A stretch of DNA of 63,881 nucleotides, filler included, from Reclinomonas americana ATCC 50394 (taxonomy: Eukaryota): the NCBI GenBank assembly GCA_048213135.1. It is 3 parts of 2 records of this genome, joined end to end, with 100 filler letters (N's around TTAATTAATTAA, not from the genome) between each part and the next. Parts side by side here need not be neighbours in the genome. Positions count along the whole stretch, not along the records: positions 1 to 27,447 come from PS015025.1; positions 27,548 to 52,955 come from PS015025.1; 1 more part is not named here. The stretch is one strand, 5' to 3'. The notes below the pieces were generated by a model that saw only the letters and a program-made list of their open reading frames with translations, searched no databases and was not told the DNA's origin. Within the stretch, counting starts at the first letter, position 1, and each line of letters opens with the position of its first letter. This document shows, piece by piece, positions 24,532 through 37,679 of the stretch. Both the position numbers and the translations under genes were made by a program.

Positions 24532-26630
24532 TTAGAGTGCGTCGGCTGCTGGTCGGCCATTCAGCGCACCGCCTGTCAAACAAGAAAAGTTAGTTTGCAT
24601 GCACCCCAATCGCCAGCCTGCAACACACACACACACACCTGGCGGGCCATCCTCGTCCATGGCCTCATCCTGCACATGCAGTCAGCACTCTCCTCGTGCA
24701 CACACCCTAAGACACACCTACACGCACCTCATCATCCTCGTCTTCCTCGTCCTCCTCTGCTTCGCGTTTCCTCTGCTCCTCCGCGGCTTGCGCATCGAGG
24801 TACGTGGCGTACCGCTCCGTGCACAACGTCCGCAACCGCGTCGAGAATCGCGCCTGGTTCTGCTTCACGTACAACAGCAGATCCTGGATGCCAATGGGAA
24901 CGCGCTCCACGGCCGCCGCTGCTGCCGCGTCGTCCTGCCGCACATAATTCGTCAGCACATCGTGCTGCCCTCCCTCCCACACACAGAGACGCATGCACAC
25001 CTCGGCTTCATCCTTCTTTTTCTGCGCCACCGGCGCCGCCAGCAAGTTGGCTCGCGCGCCCAGCGCCGCCTGCAACGCCGACACCGCACCTGCAGCTTCC
25101 TCCTGCCGTGCCAACTCGTCTTTCTCCTGCTTTTTCTTCGCCTCCTCCTGCAAATCAATCAACGATGAGCACACCTCCCAGACAGCAAATCGTTTGTGAC
25201 ACGCACCTCCGGGTCCTTCTTCTTCTTCTTTTTCTTTGGTCGATCGGCTGCACCGGTGTCAGCATGCACCTCAATATACAAACACACAAACAGCCTCTGC
25301 ATAAAGCACGAACCCACTGGCAACGACTCCACATGCCTGTCGTAGGCCTCTGCCACCGCCCTCGATCGTTTTCTCAACACCAATCCCACACGCGCCTCTC
25401 TAATTTGGTCCGGATACACATCGGCTCGGTGAGCACACGCGTCGGCCTGCAGTGCCTCTTGTGTGAGTGCGCATAACAACAACAGCAACAACAAGAAGAG
25501 GAGCGCGAAAATGACGCACCAGTCCTTGCAACACATCCTTCAGTCTCTCCTGCAACGCCAGCGACAGGTACTTGACGGTGACATCGGGGATGCTCACCAC
25601 TGAGGGTGCCTCGCGCTTCGCCGTCTCGCGCATGCGATGCAGAATCACCGCACGCGCTTGCGGCGGCAATCCGTCACCAGTCGTGTCCACATCACTCACA
25701 TCAAACGCCGTTCGCCGTGACGCCTGCATTCGCTCCTCCTCCGCCTGCACCATTGATCTCCACGTGAGGACACCCACAGCGGACGGACGCGGCGAAGCCA
25801 AACACACACACACACACCTGCACCAACTTGGCATCGACCTCGTACAGCCCACCGTCATCGTCACTCACAACATCGTCATCACCACCGGCTTTCTTCGCCG
25901 CCGCACCTGGCGCAGCCGCAGCAGCCGCCGCCGCAGCAGCAGCAGCAGGACCCGCAAACCGTCCCGCCAGCGCCTGCTTGTACTGCCGAGTCTGCGCCAC
26001 AAGCTGCTCCGCCAGCGCCGAATGCCCCGAGCTCCTCAGCGTCGCCGCGTACTGGTTCATCGCCTCCTCCGACTGCGCGAACCGGTACAAGTGCTCATGC
26101 TGCGCGGACACACACAGTCAGCGTTGAAGGGAAAAAACGGATCGCGCGCGAGTGCGACTCACCGTCCACGGCACAGCTCCCGCTGCTCCCTGCTGCTGCT
26201 GCTGCTGTTGCTGCTGCTGTGCTGCAGTCTGCGATCGCGCGGCGGCAAGTGCAGCGGCCGCAGCGGCAGCTGCAGTGGCGGCTTGCTGCTGCTGCTGCTG
26301 CTGCCTCTGTGCCGCGACTGCCGCCGAAGCCGCCGCCACAGCCGCAGAGTTCTGCGCTGCTGACGTGGATGACGTTGTTGCTGTTGTCGTTGTTGCTGTG
26401 GCCTGCTGCTGTTGATGTGTCTTCAGCCACTCGACAATGTACTGTTGTTGTCTCGGCGCCGGCCATGCAAAGTAATTCTGCGCGCGAGAGAGAGTCAGCA
26501 GGCGTGCATGTGTGTCAGTGAGGTGAGAAAGACGCACTGGATCGACGGATCCCGGCTGCTGTGCAGCGTACTGCTGCAAGTACTGAGTCCACCTGGCCAG
26601 CCACGCCATGTCCACCCCCGTTGACGCCAT
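24532..26630 (-). CDS. TAF4: TAF4-like TFIID subunit
   Basis: Q/A-rich N-terminus; histone-fold-like PDVTVKYLSLALQERLKDVLQ..AHR; AVSALQAALG; C-terminal IGIQDLLLYVKQ resembling the TAF4 conserved C-terminal element. Confidence 0.68.
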
Positions 26631-26955
26631 TTTGTCGTTCTCCTGTGCGTGCTGCTCGCTCTCTCTCACACACACGCGCGCGCGCCAGCACACTCGCCAC
26701 TCGCGATATGCAACACTGCGTGCGCACGCTCTCACAAGGCGCCAAAAAACACAAGTGAGGACAGTCGCGTGCTCGCTTCACAGTCTGTCCATCGTCATTG
26801 TGTTCTCGTCGTGTGGCTTTGCGCGTTGGAGGTTTATTGCTGCAAGAAGAGAGGTGTGTTGTGCCTCTGTGTGTGTGAACGTTGAGAGAGCACGCGCAAG
26901 ACTCATGTTGCTTCCTGCTGGTTTGCAGTTGTCCTTCACATCCCACACACACAGA

Positions 26956-27382
26956 ATGTCATTCCTCGAGCGAGCGGCCAAGTTGCGCCACACACACACA
27001 CACACACACGCACACTCACTTACATCCACGCGCACACACACGCCTACAAGATCCGTCTCTGTCTCCGCCATGTGACTGAAGTGAATTTGGGCGGGATGTG
27101 GGGGTGTTTAGTGCGTTTCTCCCGGCGGCGGTGATCAACCCGATGGAGAGTGAGCGGCTCATTCAAGAGCTGCGGCAGTTCGAGCTGAAGGACGTGGGCA
27201 CACCACGGTTTCGTACCTCTTCTTGTGTGTCTTTCCTCGCGCAGCAGCAGCAGCAGTTTGACGCGATGCACAGTTTCGTGATGCAACTGGAGTGGGTGTC
27301 GAAGCTCAATCTGCAGGCGCACCACTCGGCCGCCGTCATGGAGGACGAGTTTGTGGTGGAGCAGCTCATCTCGCATGACAAG
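26956..27382 (+). CDS. ZMYND10: ZMYND10 (BLU)-like dynein assembly factor, N-terminal part (scaffold end)
   Basis: PMESERLIQELRQFELKDVGT..QLEWVSKLNLQAH..AAVMEDEFVVEQLISHDK matches the remembered ZMYND10 N-terminus; cut off by the spacer. Confidence 0.78.
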
Positions 27383-27447
27383 GTGAGTCGGCGACGTGGG
27401 GGGGAGGCAGTGAGTGATCCAGGCGCGCATGGCTGACACACACACCA

Positions 27448-27547
27448 NNNNNNNNNNNNNNNNNNNNNNNNNNNNNNNNNNNNNNNNNNNNTTAATTAAT
27501 TAANNNNNNNNNNNNNNNNNNNNNNNNNNNNNNNNNNNNNNNNNNNN
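27448..27547. other. Artificial scaffold-joining spacer (N44-TTAATTAATTAA-N44)
   Basis: Exactly 100 nt with a six-frame-stop linker at 27492-27503; identical construct at 52956-53055. Confidence 0.97.
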
Positions 27548-27949
27548 TTGCACGACCTGAAACTGACAGCGATCACACAAGAACACGACAATATCAAACA
27601 GTCAAGAGAGAGAGAGAGAAAGAGACACAGCAACAGCGACAATCATCCAATAGGTATGAAAACACGGAGAAAATGCGAGCAGTGCAGCAGTCGCGCATTC
27701 CCCTCACCGTTGCCACCCATAATCATCCTCTTGTCGCCCGATACTATCACATCACACAATGAGCATCGCAGCTAAAAACGCGACACACAGAGAAAGAGAG
27801 AGAGACGCACGTCTTGTGCTCAATGACAAACACAGAGTCGCTGTTCTTCTGCAGAAGCAAGAGAGTGAGACGGAGAGAAAAAGAGAGAAAGACAGAGAGA
27901 GAGAGAGAGACGCACCGGCTTGCCTCCTCCCGCGCCCATCTTTATGATC

Positions 27950-28289
27950 ACTTGAGAGGACAGCGGAAGCCCGTCTTCTGTGCTTTCCTCTGAAGTGGTG
28001 TTGTCGGTGTTGAGAGTAAGCCCCTCTGAAGACATGTACACACAGCCTCGAGACCAGGTCAAGGAAATGACTGTGAGCGCCATGAGAAGGCCTCGACGTC
28101 GACGCGTCCACAGCACAGCTCCACAAAGATCTTTCACATAGCGTAAGACGTCAGTGACGGCATCTATCTGTGCCACACACTTGCGCTTGTTCTAAGACTG
28201 CGCTGCATTTCACAGCAGGAGAAGTCGTCGACGTCGACGTCGCAACTCACCTGTGCCACCGACGTTCTGCTCCGCGTTCCACATATCAT
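27950..28289 (-). CDS. Possible 5' exons of an unidentified gene
   Basis: ATG at 28289, CAG|GTGAGT donor and CAG acceptor giving MICGTRSRTSVAQ|IDAVTDVLRYVKDL; no family recognised. Confidence 0.28.
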
Positions 28290-28380
28290 TCGATAGCCTA
28301 CCAAACACACCACTCGCACACTGTGCAATCAGTGAAGCTCTCACACAGGACCGCGGCCATTCTTTCACATCAATCATCTG

Positions 28381-28899
28381 ATGTGCGCCAATCGCATTGT
28401 GGTGTCAGAGTACGGCGACCGCGCGTACTGGGAGGAGCGGTACCGTCGCGATCAGCACACGTCGAAGCACGTGTTTGAGTGGTACCCGTCGGCGTGCAGT
28501 GATGTGTTGAAGGTGGTTCGCGCGCGCTTTGGAGAGGATGATACGGCGTGCAGGTGCAGGTGCTTGGATTTTGGGTGTGGGTCGTCGACGCTGCCGGAGC
28601 AGTTGTATGATGCGGGGTGTCGGCCGGTGGTGGCGGTGGATGTGTCGGAGGTGGTGGTGGAGCAGAAGCGCAAGGAGCAGGATGTGGAGAGGAGGAGTGA
28701 GTTGGTGTTTGAGGTGAGGGGGGAGGTGGGGGGAGGGGGAGGGGGGGAGAGGGGAGAGGAGAGGAGGGAGGGGGGGAGAGGGAGGGAGAGAGAGGAGGAG
28801 GGAGAGGAGGAGGGAGGGAGAGGGAGGGAGGAGGAGGAGGGAGGGAGGAGGAGGAGGGAAGGGAGGGAAAGGGAGAGGAGGAGGGAGGAGGGAGAGGAG

Positions 28900-28943
<44 letters not shown>

Positions 28944-29661
28944 GAGGAGGAGAGAGAGAGAGGAGACGAAGAGACGTACGACGACGTACGTACGTNNNNN
29001 NNNNNNNNNNNNNNNNNNNNNNNNNNNNNNNNNNNNNNNNNNNNNNNNNNNNNNNNNNNNNNNNNNNNNNNNNNNNNNNNNNNNNNNNNNNNNNNNNNNN
29101 NNNNNNNNNNNNNNNNNNNNNNNNNNNNNNNNNNNNNNNNNNNNNNNNNNNNNNNNNNNNNNNNNNNNNNNNNAGGGAGAGAGAGAGAGGGAGAGAGAGA
29201 CATGCACAAGACTGCAAGTTGCAGTCAGTTTCCGTGGTAGTCACGCTTGCCCTCTTCGCTTATGTGCACGCAGGTCATGGAGGGCACCGACATGAGCGCC
29301 CTCGCCACGAGCTCGTTCGACCTCGTGGTCGACAAGGTGCGTGGTGGCTGTTCCTCATCGCCTCTCCTCCCTCCTCTGACATTCGCCGCCGAGGCAGGGC
29401 ACGCTAGATGCCATTGACTGCGCGGAGGATGAGATGGCGTCGAGTCGCGCGCTGGCCGAGATCCACCGCGTGCTCGACGCCTCCAATCCCAAGTGCTTGT
29501 ACCTGTGCATTTCGTGTCGGCAGCCGGAGGTGCGCGTGCCGTTGCTGGAGGCCGGCTCGTTTGTGGTTGAGTCGCAGACGCCGGTGTGGGATCCGCGGGA
29601 TCCGAGGGCGCCGGTGCCGAGTGCGTATATTTATTGTTGTGTGCCGAGGGGGGTGGAGTAG
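28381..29661 (+). CDS. Class I SAM methyltransferase, EEF1AKMT4/METTL13-N-like
   Basis: YGDRAYWEERY..FEWY, LDFGCGSS, VDVSEVVV, SFDLVVDK|GTLDAI, EIHRVL..YLCIS. Confidence 0.88.
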
Positions 29662-29819
29662 GTGAGGAAGGTGATTGCTGCATGCAGTCATTATGAAACA
29701 GCAATAGATGTGATATCGACCACGATCATGGTCATGGATATCCAGCCGGTGTTCCAATGACTTGATGTGCGAGTAGAGAGGCTGCCTGTGGCTCAGAGTT
29801 TAGCTGAATTGCAGTCAGC

Positions 29820-30010
29820 CCCGAGTGCGAACTCGAACACACTTCAGAAATCCTTGTCTTATGTTGATGTTTTCGCGTATGGTCGGACTTGGTCATCATG
29901 TCAGCTGCAGTTGCGTGGTGGCTGGTGAATGCAAGGTCGCAGAAATATTGAAAGAGACAAATTGGACAACAACCGAGCGCGAGTACATCGAAAACTACCT
30001 TGGCCGTTAG
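29820..30010 (+). pseudogene. Degenerate dispersed element, copy A (possible PD-(D/E)xK nuclease relic)
   Basis: Aligns by eye with 35540-35620; translates to ..VVAGECK.. with a frameshifted upstream VDV. Confidence 0.35.
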
Positions 30011-30017
30011 ATCACTC

Positions 30018-33000
30018 ATGAACGCGCTGCACCTGCGTCAGTACGACGACGGGTCAGTCCCCTAACTCTCGCACACACACACTCTCTCTCCCCCCTCTCA
30101 CTCACTCTGTTCTCTCTCTCCCTCAGCGCTGACGACTCTGCCTCTGCGAGTTACATGCCACGAGTGCCTTCGTCGTTTGACGGCGGCACAGAGAGCAGTC
30201 TCGACGACGACGATCTCATGCAACTGATGGAACGTGTGACACGCGCACATGACACACTCGTCGGCAAAGGACAGCTGCTGGAGGCGGTTCAGTTCTCGGA
30301 GAAGCTGTCGCAGTTGCACAGGGTGCGTTCCCTCTCTCTCTCTTCTCTCTCTTGTGTGTGTGTCTGTGTGTGAGCTCATGTGTGTGTGTGGTGGGGAGCA
30401 GACGGTGTATGGTGCGGAGAGTGCCGAGTTCATGATGGGAGTGATTGCGTTGGCGAATGAGTACAACAGTGTGGCGTCGGAGTGTGTCAGGCATGGTGAG
30501 TGCGTGGGAGAAGGGAAGGGAGGAGGGAGGGAAGGGGAGATGAGATCAGCATCCTCGTTCAACGTGATGAAGGCAGAGTCGCGTTCGGGAGTTTGATCTC
30601 TTCTGATCTTTGTCTTGTTTGATCTCTCCTCTTGGGAAACTTGACAGCGAGTGATCCTGGCAGTCTCAGGGGTGCACACGCTGATCTTCCACTCGTTGAT
30701 CTTTCCGAGCACTTGTGAAGCGATCCAGACTGAGGCAGAGGCTTGAGAGACTCTACACAGCGAGTCTTTCTCCTGTTGTTCTCTCCGCTCTCGGGAACTT
30801 GAGAGTATGCGTGTCAGGGGTGTACACGCTGATCTTCCTCTCCGGGCTCTTTGGAAGCGGTCCAAGACAGGACTTGACTGTCCACACAGCTGATCTTTCT
30901 CCTATTGAAGCGATTAGGCAGAGTCTCTTGATTGCACTCTTTGATCTCTCTGGGCACTTATGAAGCGATCCAGACAGAGACGGGCTTGAGAGCCTGCGTG
31001 GTTGATCTTCCTGCCATCTGTCTCTCCCGGCACTTGGAAACTCGAGAGTGAGCGATCAGACAAGAGTCGTGTTTGGATCTTCCACTCGTTGATCTCTCCG
31101 TGCGCTTGTGAAGCGATCCTGAGAGACTCTTCCGGTGCTCTTCCTGTCATCCATATCTCCTTGCACTCGGGACTCGAGAGTGAGCAGTCTTGAGAGTCTC
31201 GGCAGCTGATCTTTTCTCTAGTTGATCTCTCGTGGCATCTTGGAATGCGTGAGAGTTTCATTGCAGCTGGTCTTTCTCTCCAGACACTTGTGAGCATTCC
31301 AGAGAGAGCCATGGGCTTGAGTGTCTCTGCGCAGTTGGTCTTTTTCTCGCTTATCGTTCCAGGCACTTGGGAACACGGGAGTAAGCTATCAGACAGATTT
31401 ACTGGTTGGATCTTCCTCTCGTTGATCTGCGCAGTTGATCTTCCAGTCGTTCGTCTCTCCGGGCAGGCGCAGTTTCATAGAGTTTCCTCACCAATCTTCT
31501 TCATGTCTTTCTCTCCACTTGTTTTCCTCGTTCAGAGTCGCCCCTCCTTTTCTCTCATCCTCCCTCTCTTCCCCCTCCTTGCCCCTCACCTCTCCCTCCC
31601 TCCCCCTTCCCCCACAGGCGACTACGCCAACGCAGAACGCCTCCTCCGACAAGCAGAAATGGTCACCGAAGCCGACCGCTACCTCGACGCGGCCAACCCC
31701 GACCGCCTGCTCGCACGCCGCGAGACCCTCAATCACCTCTCCGCCGTCTTCCGCAAACAGGGCAACTTCAAAAAGAGCCTCCAGTTTGCCGAGCGCGCTC
31801 TGAAAGTCGAGTCGCACCTGGTGACTGTCGAATCGGATCCGTCGGCCACCTTCCTCAACTTGTGTGCAGCGCTATCGCGACTGAAGAGGTAAGCTGAGTG
31901 GAGGGAAGATTGGCGATGTATCAGAGCTCATCTTTTACTCGCAGGCACAAGGAGGCACTGGGGTTTGCGGATCTGGCGGTGGCGGATTTGGAGGAAAAGT
32001 CCTCACGAGTTTCGTCGTACATTCTCTTTCTCGCTCCTCCCTGTCCTCGGCTCACTCACCTCCCACCAGTCGAGCATGCTGGCGATTGCGTACCACAATC
32101 GAGCGGTGAGTTGACTTGGATGACAGTAGAGTACGATTCAAAGAGCTTGTTCTTGCTGTGCTCGAGCTTCCGTTTCATCGTGTCACGATTATTGTGGACG
32201 AAATCCTGCATGACCGCACTCTTGCTTTAGTGCACCTTCTTTCTTTCTGTCTCTCTATACTCTTCCTTCAATGCCACTTACTCTCGCTCTCCCTTCTTCC
32301 CTCTCCTCCTCACCCTCTCTTTTCTCTTCTTTTTTCTCTCTTGCCCNNNNNNNNNNNNNNNNNNNNCTCTCTCACTCTCGCTCTCCCCTCTCGCTCTCCC
32401 CTCTCACTCTCCCCTCTCTCGCTCTCCCCCTCTCTCGCTCTCCCCCTCTCTCGCTCTCCCCCTCTCTCGCTCTCCCCCTCTCTCGCTCTCCCCCTCTCGC
32501 TCTCCCCCTCTCGCTCTTCCCTCTCCCTTCTCCCCCTTCCCCTTCTCCCCCCTTCCCTTCACCTCCCTTCCCCTTTCCCCTTCCCCTCTCACTCACCCCT
32601 CTCCTCCCCCTTTAGGTGGAGTACGAATTCCTCGAACTCCACGAGGAAGCCATGATGGACTACGAGCGCGCCAGCCAGCTGGCCCACGAAGCCCTCGGTC
32701 CCGAAGACTCCATCACCGAAAACCTCGTCAGCTCGTTCCGCGACGCGCTGCACAGTTTCCAAGCGCGCATGAGGGGCCGACCCACACCCGTGATGAGCGC
32801 CACTCGCAAGCCACGACCCGTTGGACCGCGCTCCAGCAGCGCAACAGCTGGCTCGCACGCCGAGTCGGAACCGTCGGCGGTCTACGGGTGAGGACGTTTT
32901 GCTGGGGAAGGGACGATGTCTGCAGGAGACAGTCAGAGCTCTTCACTCCGTACTCTGTGGTTATCGATGTTTCTCGTGCTCTACTTGCACGTTGCAACAA

Positions 33001-34724
33001 TTGAGTCAGGCTATCGTTCGCGCTACTTCGTTGCCATTGTCTTTCTCTCATTCTCATGCTGATCTCTCGTGTGAACATTTAGTTGGTCTCTCCTTCGTGC
33101 TTGCAGTCGCTCCCTGTCTCTTAGTCTTTTCTCCCTCTCTCTTTGCTTCTTCTTCTCAGTTGCTCCCATTCTCTCGAATACCAGAACACGTTGTACATTC
33201 TTCTGCACTCCACTGTCTCACCTCACTCTATCCTCTCTTCGCCCATCTCCTCCTACATAAAATTACAGTTGCACTCTCTCTGTCTGTCTGTCTCTCTCCT
33301 TCCCCGCTCTTTCCCTTTCCCCTTTTCCCCCTCTTCCCTCTCACCCTTTCCCTCACTCTTCCCCCCTCCAGCGCCCCCTCCAAGCAACAACGCTCCGCCT
33401 CCCCCTCCACCACCACCGGCGGCGACCAACGCACTGCCTCGCGCACCCAAGGCACCGCCTCACGACAATCCCGCTCCGCCCCCACCTCCAAGACCACACC
33501 CGCACGCGCAGGTCGCCAATCGACCACCACCACCACCACCACCACCACTGGCCCATCTCCACCGGTGCATCCGCCGTCGCGCGCCAACCCCTCACCCACC
33601 AAGCGACCGCGTCCGGCCGCCAAGAAGCCGGCGCCGTCTCCCGATCGTCGACGCCCAGCGGCAGAAGCCAAGGCACCGGCTTCCAAGAATCCGCGCGAGG
33701 CCCTGCATCGCATGCTGCCGAGTGATGACGAATCGTCTTCATCAGACCCCTCACCGGCTCAACAACCCACTCGGCCGGCGGCGGCGGCAGCTGCTGCGCC
33801 AAAGGGGCAACAGCACGTGGTGGAGAGCAGTGACGACGACACGGCCGCTGGCAACACGCTGGACACAGACGACTCGGAGAACGAGAGCCCCAATTACCAG
33901 GTGCAGCATGTGGTGCCGTCGAAATCGGTTTGTTGTTTTTGTCTTTTTTTCTTTGGTGGCTATCTCACGTCACTCACTTTTCCCCGCTGCAGGCCAAGCA
34001 AGCGCCTGCAAGGCGACCTCACAAGGCCGCAGACAGCGACGAGGAGAATGGCAGTGACGACGACGACGACGTACACGATGAGGGTGAGCACGTGGAAGAA
34101 CACACACAGAGTGATCTGGGGTCTCTGTCGTCCTCCGCACCTCCGTCGCGTCATGCACACCAGCGCAACACACCTTCGTCCGCCTCACAAGGCGGCGCGC
34201 TCGCCGATCTCGAGTGATCTGACTGCAGAGAGTATTAAGGTGATTCGTTGCCGTGCACGCAGTAGGCATTGTTCCTCTTGAGACTCACGCGCATGGCCCA
34301 CGCCCGCCCGCCCTACACTGCACTGCACCACATTTATCTCTCGTCTGTCATCTGTCGCCCATCATTCATCATGATTATACTCACCCTAGCTCTCTCTGCG
34401 TGTTTTGTGTCTCTTGTTCCCCATCCTCCTTTTCTTCTTCTTCTACTCTCTCTCTCGTTTGTGCGTCTTCCTCTTTTCTTGTCGTCGTTGTCGTTGTGTG
34501 TGTGTTATGTAACAGCGCCCCCGAGCCGGCCGTCGTACCAGCGGCAAGCGCCGATCAAGCGAGTTGATTCTGGTGTGGACGACGAAACACATGCATGGGG
34601 TCCACCGTCGACGCACAGTAGCGCGCGGCGGCAACAACAGCAGCAGCAGCATCAGCGGGGGCGATCAGCGGCGTCGAGTGCGCGTGACATAGAGGAGGAC
34701 TTGGATAGTGTGGATTCGCGGTGA
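30018..34724 (+). CDS. TPR-repeat protein with long disordered C-terminus (3' end uncertain)
   Basis: TLNHLSAVFRKQGNFKKSLQFAERAL, TFLNLCAALSRLKRHKEAL, LAIAYHNRAVEYEFL..ALGPED; GT-AG introns; frame ambiguous after about 34100. Confidence 0.8.
30590..31460. repeat. Degenerate GATC-rich tandem repeat (about 70-75 bp units, about 148 bp dimer) inside a 1.1-kb intron
   Basis: CAGGGGTGYACACGCTGATCTTCC at about 30667 and 30815; GATCTTCCACTCGTTGATCTYTCCG..CTTGTGAAGCGATCC at about 30683 and 31076; further diverged copies. Confidence 0.7.
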
Positions 34725-35439
34725 AGTGTGTGGATGTAATGTGTGTAACTCTGACGGGGGAGGAGGAGACAGAGGGGGAGGTTGGGAAAGAAGAAAGGGC
34801 AAATAGCGGCAAGGTCAGGGATTGAGTGGAATGGGATGCAGGCTCGTAGTATCCTGCATGGCACTTCTAGCAGTGGGTGAACAAACATCGAGATGATGGA
34901 GAGAAGAAGGTGTGGGTCGCAAAAGATCTGGCTGGTGAGCATGGTTAGTTGACAACAACAACATTTGGGTGGCGCACGTGTCTGCCTGTGTTCCTGTCAA
35001 CACGGCAGTAACTACTGACACTGGCATTGCTTTCATGCAGCCAGCATATCTTGCACGTTCTTCCCTCCACTGCCATCACTGTACAGGATGACGATGACAA
35101 CAACGACTCTCTGTGCGGCCACCGGTCAGTGGCTGTCACAGTGTTTGAAATCACTGCTGCTGCAACAACGACAACAACAACAACAACTGCGCTTACCACC
35201 TGCGCAGCCACCACCGATTTGAGCCTCACCAACAACATGACATGCTCTCTCCTGTTTCAACCACGCCACCAACGTCCGTCACCACCACTGTTTGTTTTTG
35301 CTTTGCCTGCTTCATGGATCCGGAACCGGCTTTGCTATGTTTAAATTTGCCTGGCTATGGCCTTTTCCCGATTTCGATGTGCCGTGTACGATCGCAGAAA
35401 ACGCTATGCGTCTATGCAAATGCGTCAAGTCCACTGGTC

Positions 35440-35640
35440 AACCACGCTTATGCGGTGAAGATCGCAGTTCTCGACTTGTTCGGAGCTCCGAGAACGAACA
35501 CACCCACACACAAAGGAACCTGCTGCTGCCTCAAGATTGGTGTCTGTGTTGATGTTTTGGATACGGTTGAACTTGGTCATCAAGACAGCTGTTGCTTGTT
35601 TGTTGGTGAATGAATTGTTACATGCTGACGTTTCTGCAAG
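35440..35640 (+). pseudogene. Degenerate dispersed element, copy B
   Basis: TGTTGATGTTTT..ACTTGGTCATCA..CAGCTG..TGGTGAATG shared with copy A; VDVLDTVELGHQDSCCLFVGE followed by a stop. Confidence 0.35.
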
Positions 35641-35929
35641 AGAAACCACAGCACGACAAATTTGACGCCGAATTTCAAAGCGGGATGGAGATACATACAA
35701 AGAGGTTTGGAAACCATGGTCACGGGATACCTTGTCGACCGAGTACCGCACAAAACGATTCCCAACCGTACACCCTCTTCTCCTCCCATCCCCTTCCCCC
35801 TCTTCCCTCCCTCCCCCTACCCCCTCCCCTCCCCTCCCCCTCCCCCCTCCCCTTCCCCATTCCCCTTTCTCCCTTGCAACTATAGTCTCTTTAAATTGTG
35901 ATTCAAAACCCCCCGCTCGCCACCCCTCC

Positions 35930-37288
35930 TCATAACCACCCACCCTCATCCTCGTCCTCGTCGAGCCCGGGTGGAGGCGCATCCGGATGCCTGGCCAACC
36001 GCATGACCATTTCGTAGAGTGTCGCCGAGAGTGACGATAGTGGCGCGGCGAGAAGCAGGCGAGGGAGGATGCCCTTGGTGAGCGCCAGTGCACCTTCGTT
36101 CTGCACGACCCGAACGAGAATTTGAAACACGTTCCGGCCGCCGTAGGTGCCCATGCGCGTCTGCAAGCGCGATTTGGCCATGTCCATCGGGTTGGTGGTT
36201 ACTGCAAGGCACAAACAAGTTCAGTCCACTCTCTCCTGAGCTGCTTCCACCCACTTCCCTCCCTTCTCCTNNNNNNNNNNNNNNNNNNNNNNNNNNNNNN
36301 NNNNNNNNNNNNNNNNNNNNNNNNNNNNNNNCCAATACCTGAGACCGCAATTCCTGCAGTGGCACCGGCAAGCCAGTGTCCCGCGGGTCCCAGTTCCGCC
36401 AGCATCCGTTTGGCGAATTCATACGAGCCCCACCAAATACCGGCGGCCGGCGCGTAGGTCAAGATCGACGCACCGACGCCACGGTAGAGGCCTCGAATGC
36501 CCTCCTGCTGCACAATGTTTCTCATGACGGTGTAGCCACCCAAGTAGCCGCCGCCGGCTTCGCGATTCTGCACTTGCACGTTTTGCGCGACCACATCCTG
36601 CGGCACCCACACGAGCATTGAAGAAATCTCCGCGCAGGCGCCCGCAATGACGGGAATGGCTGGTCTCGGCAGAAACGACAGCGGGCCCTCGGTGCCGTCG
36701 GGTCTCCGTCGTGTGCTCTCCTCCAGGTGGTGCTTCATGATGTTGTATGTGGACAGGTACATGGCCTGCAAACAAACAAAGGGTGGAGTGAGCAGGTGAC
36801 ATCTCTCTCACACGCGTGCATCTGTTGGACAGTCTCTCCCTCCCTCCTTCCTCCCCCCTCCCTTCCCCTCCCTGACCTGACAAGGAAACTGCGTCATGGT
36901 CGCAAACGCCACTCCTCGATAAAATCCGCGCACACCATCACGCTTGTAAATCGTGCTAATCTCGCGCTTGTACGCCGTCCAGAACGACGAGTCGCGCAAG
37001 TTGACTTGCAAACGTGTCTGCGAATGGAGTCAGCTGGCAACGACACCCCAGTTACTCTGCGCCCAACAAGCGCACCTTGATCAGATCTTGTGGATACACA
37101 AACATGGCCTCGACCACTGTCAACATACTCCCTGCGCGCGAACAGATATGAGCGACAGAGACAACAACCAAGAACACCGCGTCTCACACACCAAACATGA
37201 GGAACCGCGGAATGGAAACGTGTGGCCACACTCGCTCCGCGACCTCGCGGAATCGCTCCGCGATGCCTCCCGCCGACTCCTCCTTCAT
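35930..37288 (-). CDS. Mitochondrial carrier family protein (SLC25A44-like)
   Basis: Three carrier signatures YPQDLIK|TRLQ, VPQDVVAQNVQ, NPMDMAKSRLQ; GVRGFYRG, GIRGLYRG..APAAGIWWGSYE. Confidence 0.9.
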
Positions 37289-37679
37289 CCTTTCTCTGCT
37301 TTCTCTAACTCCTACTAACGACTATAAAAAGAAACAAGAAACAAGAAACTGCAACAAACCCCAGTCCAACCTGCACGCAGAAGGAGTGCGAGTGAGTGAC
37401 AAGTGGGGAGAGGAGGAGGAGGGGGAGGGGGAGGGGGAGGAGGAGAACGAGAAGGAGAGGGAGAGGGAGAAAAAGGAGGGGGANNNNNNNNNNNNNNNNN
37501 NNNCGAGAAGAAGAAGAAGGACGAGGGAGGAGATGAAAAAGAACAGGGGCGACACCAAGTGAGAAAGAAGAAGGAGAAAGAAGAGGAGAGGAGGAGAAGG
37601 AGGAGAGGAAGAAATACAAGCAGAAGGAGGAAGCGAAGGAGAATGAAGAGAAGACGAAGAACAAGAAGAACAAGAAGAA

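Noticed and set aside
27492-27503. TTAATTAATTAA palindrome as a biological site (PacI site or transposon target)
   Set aside because: Centred in an exact 100-nt N spacer and repeated at 53000; assembly linker.
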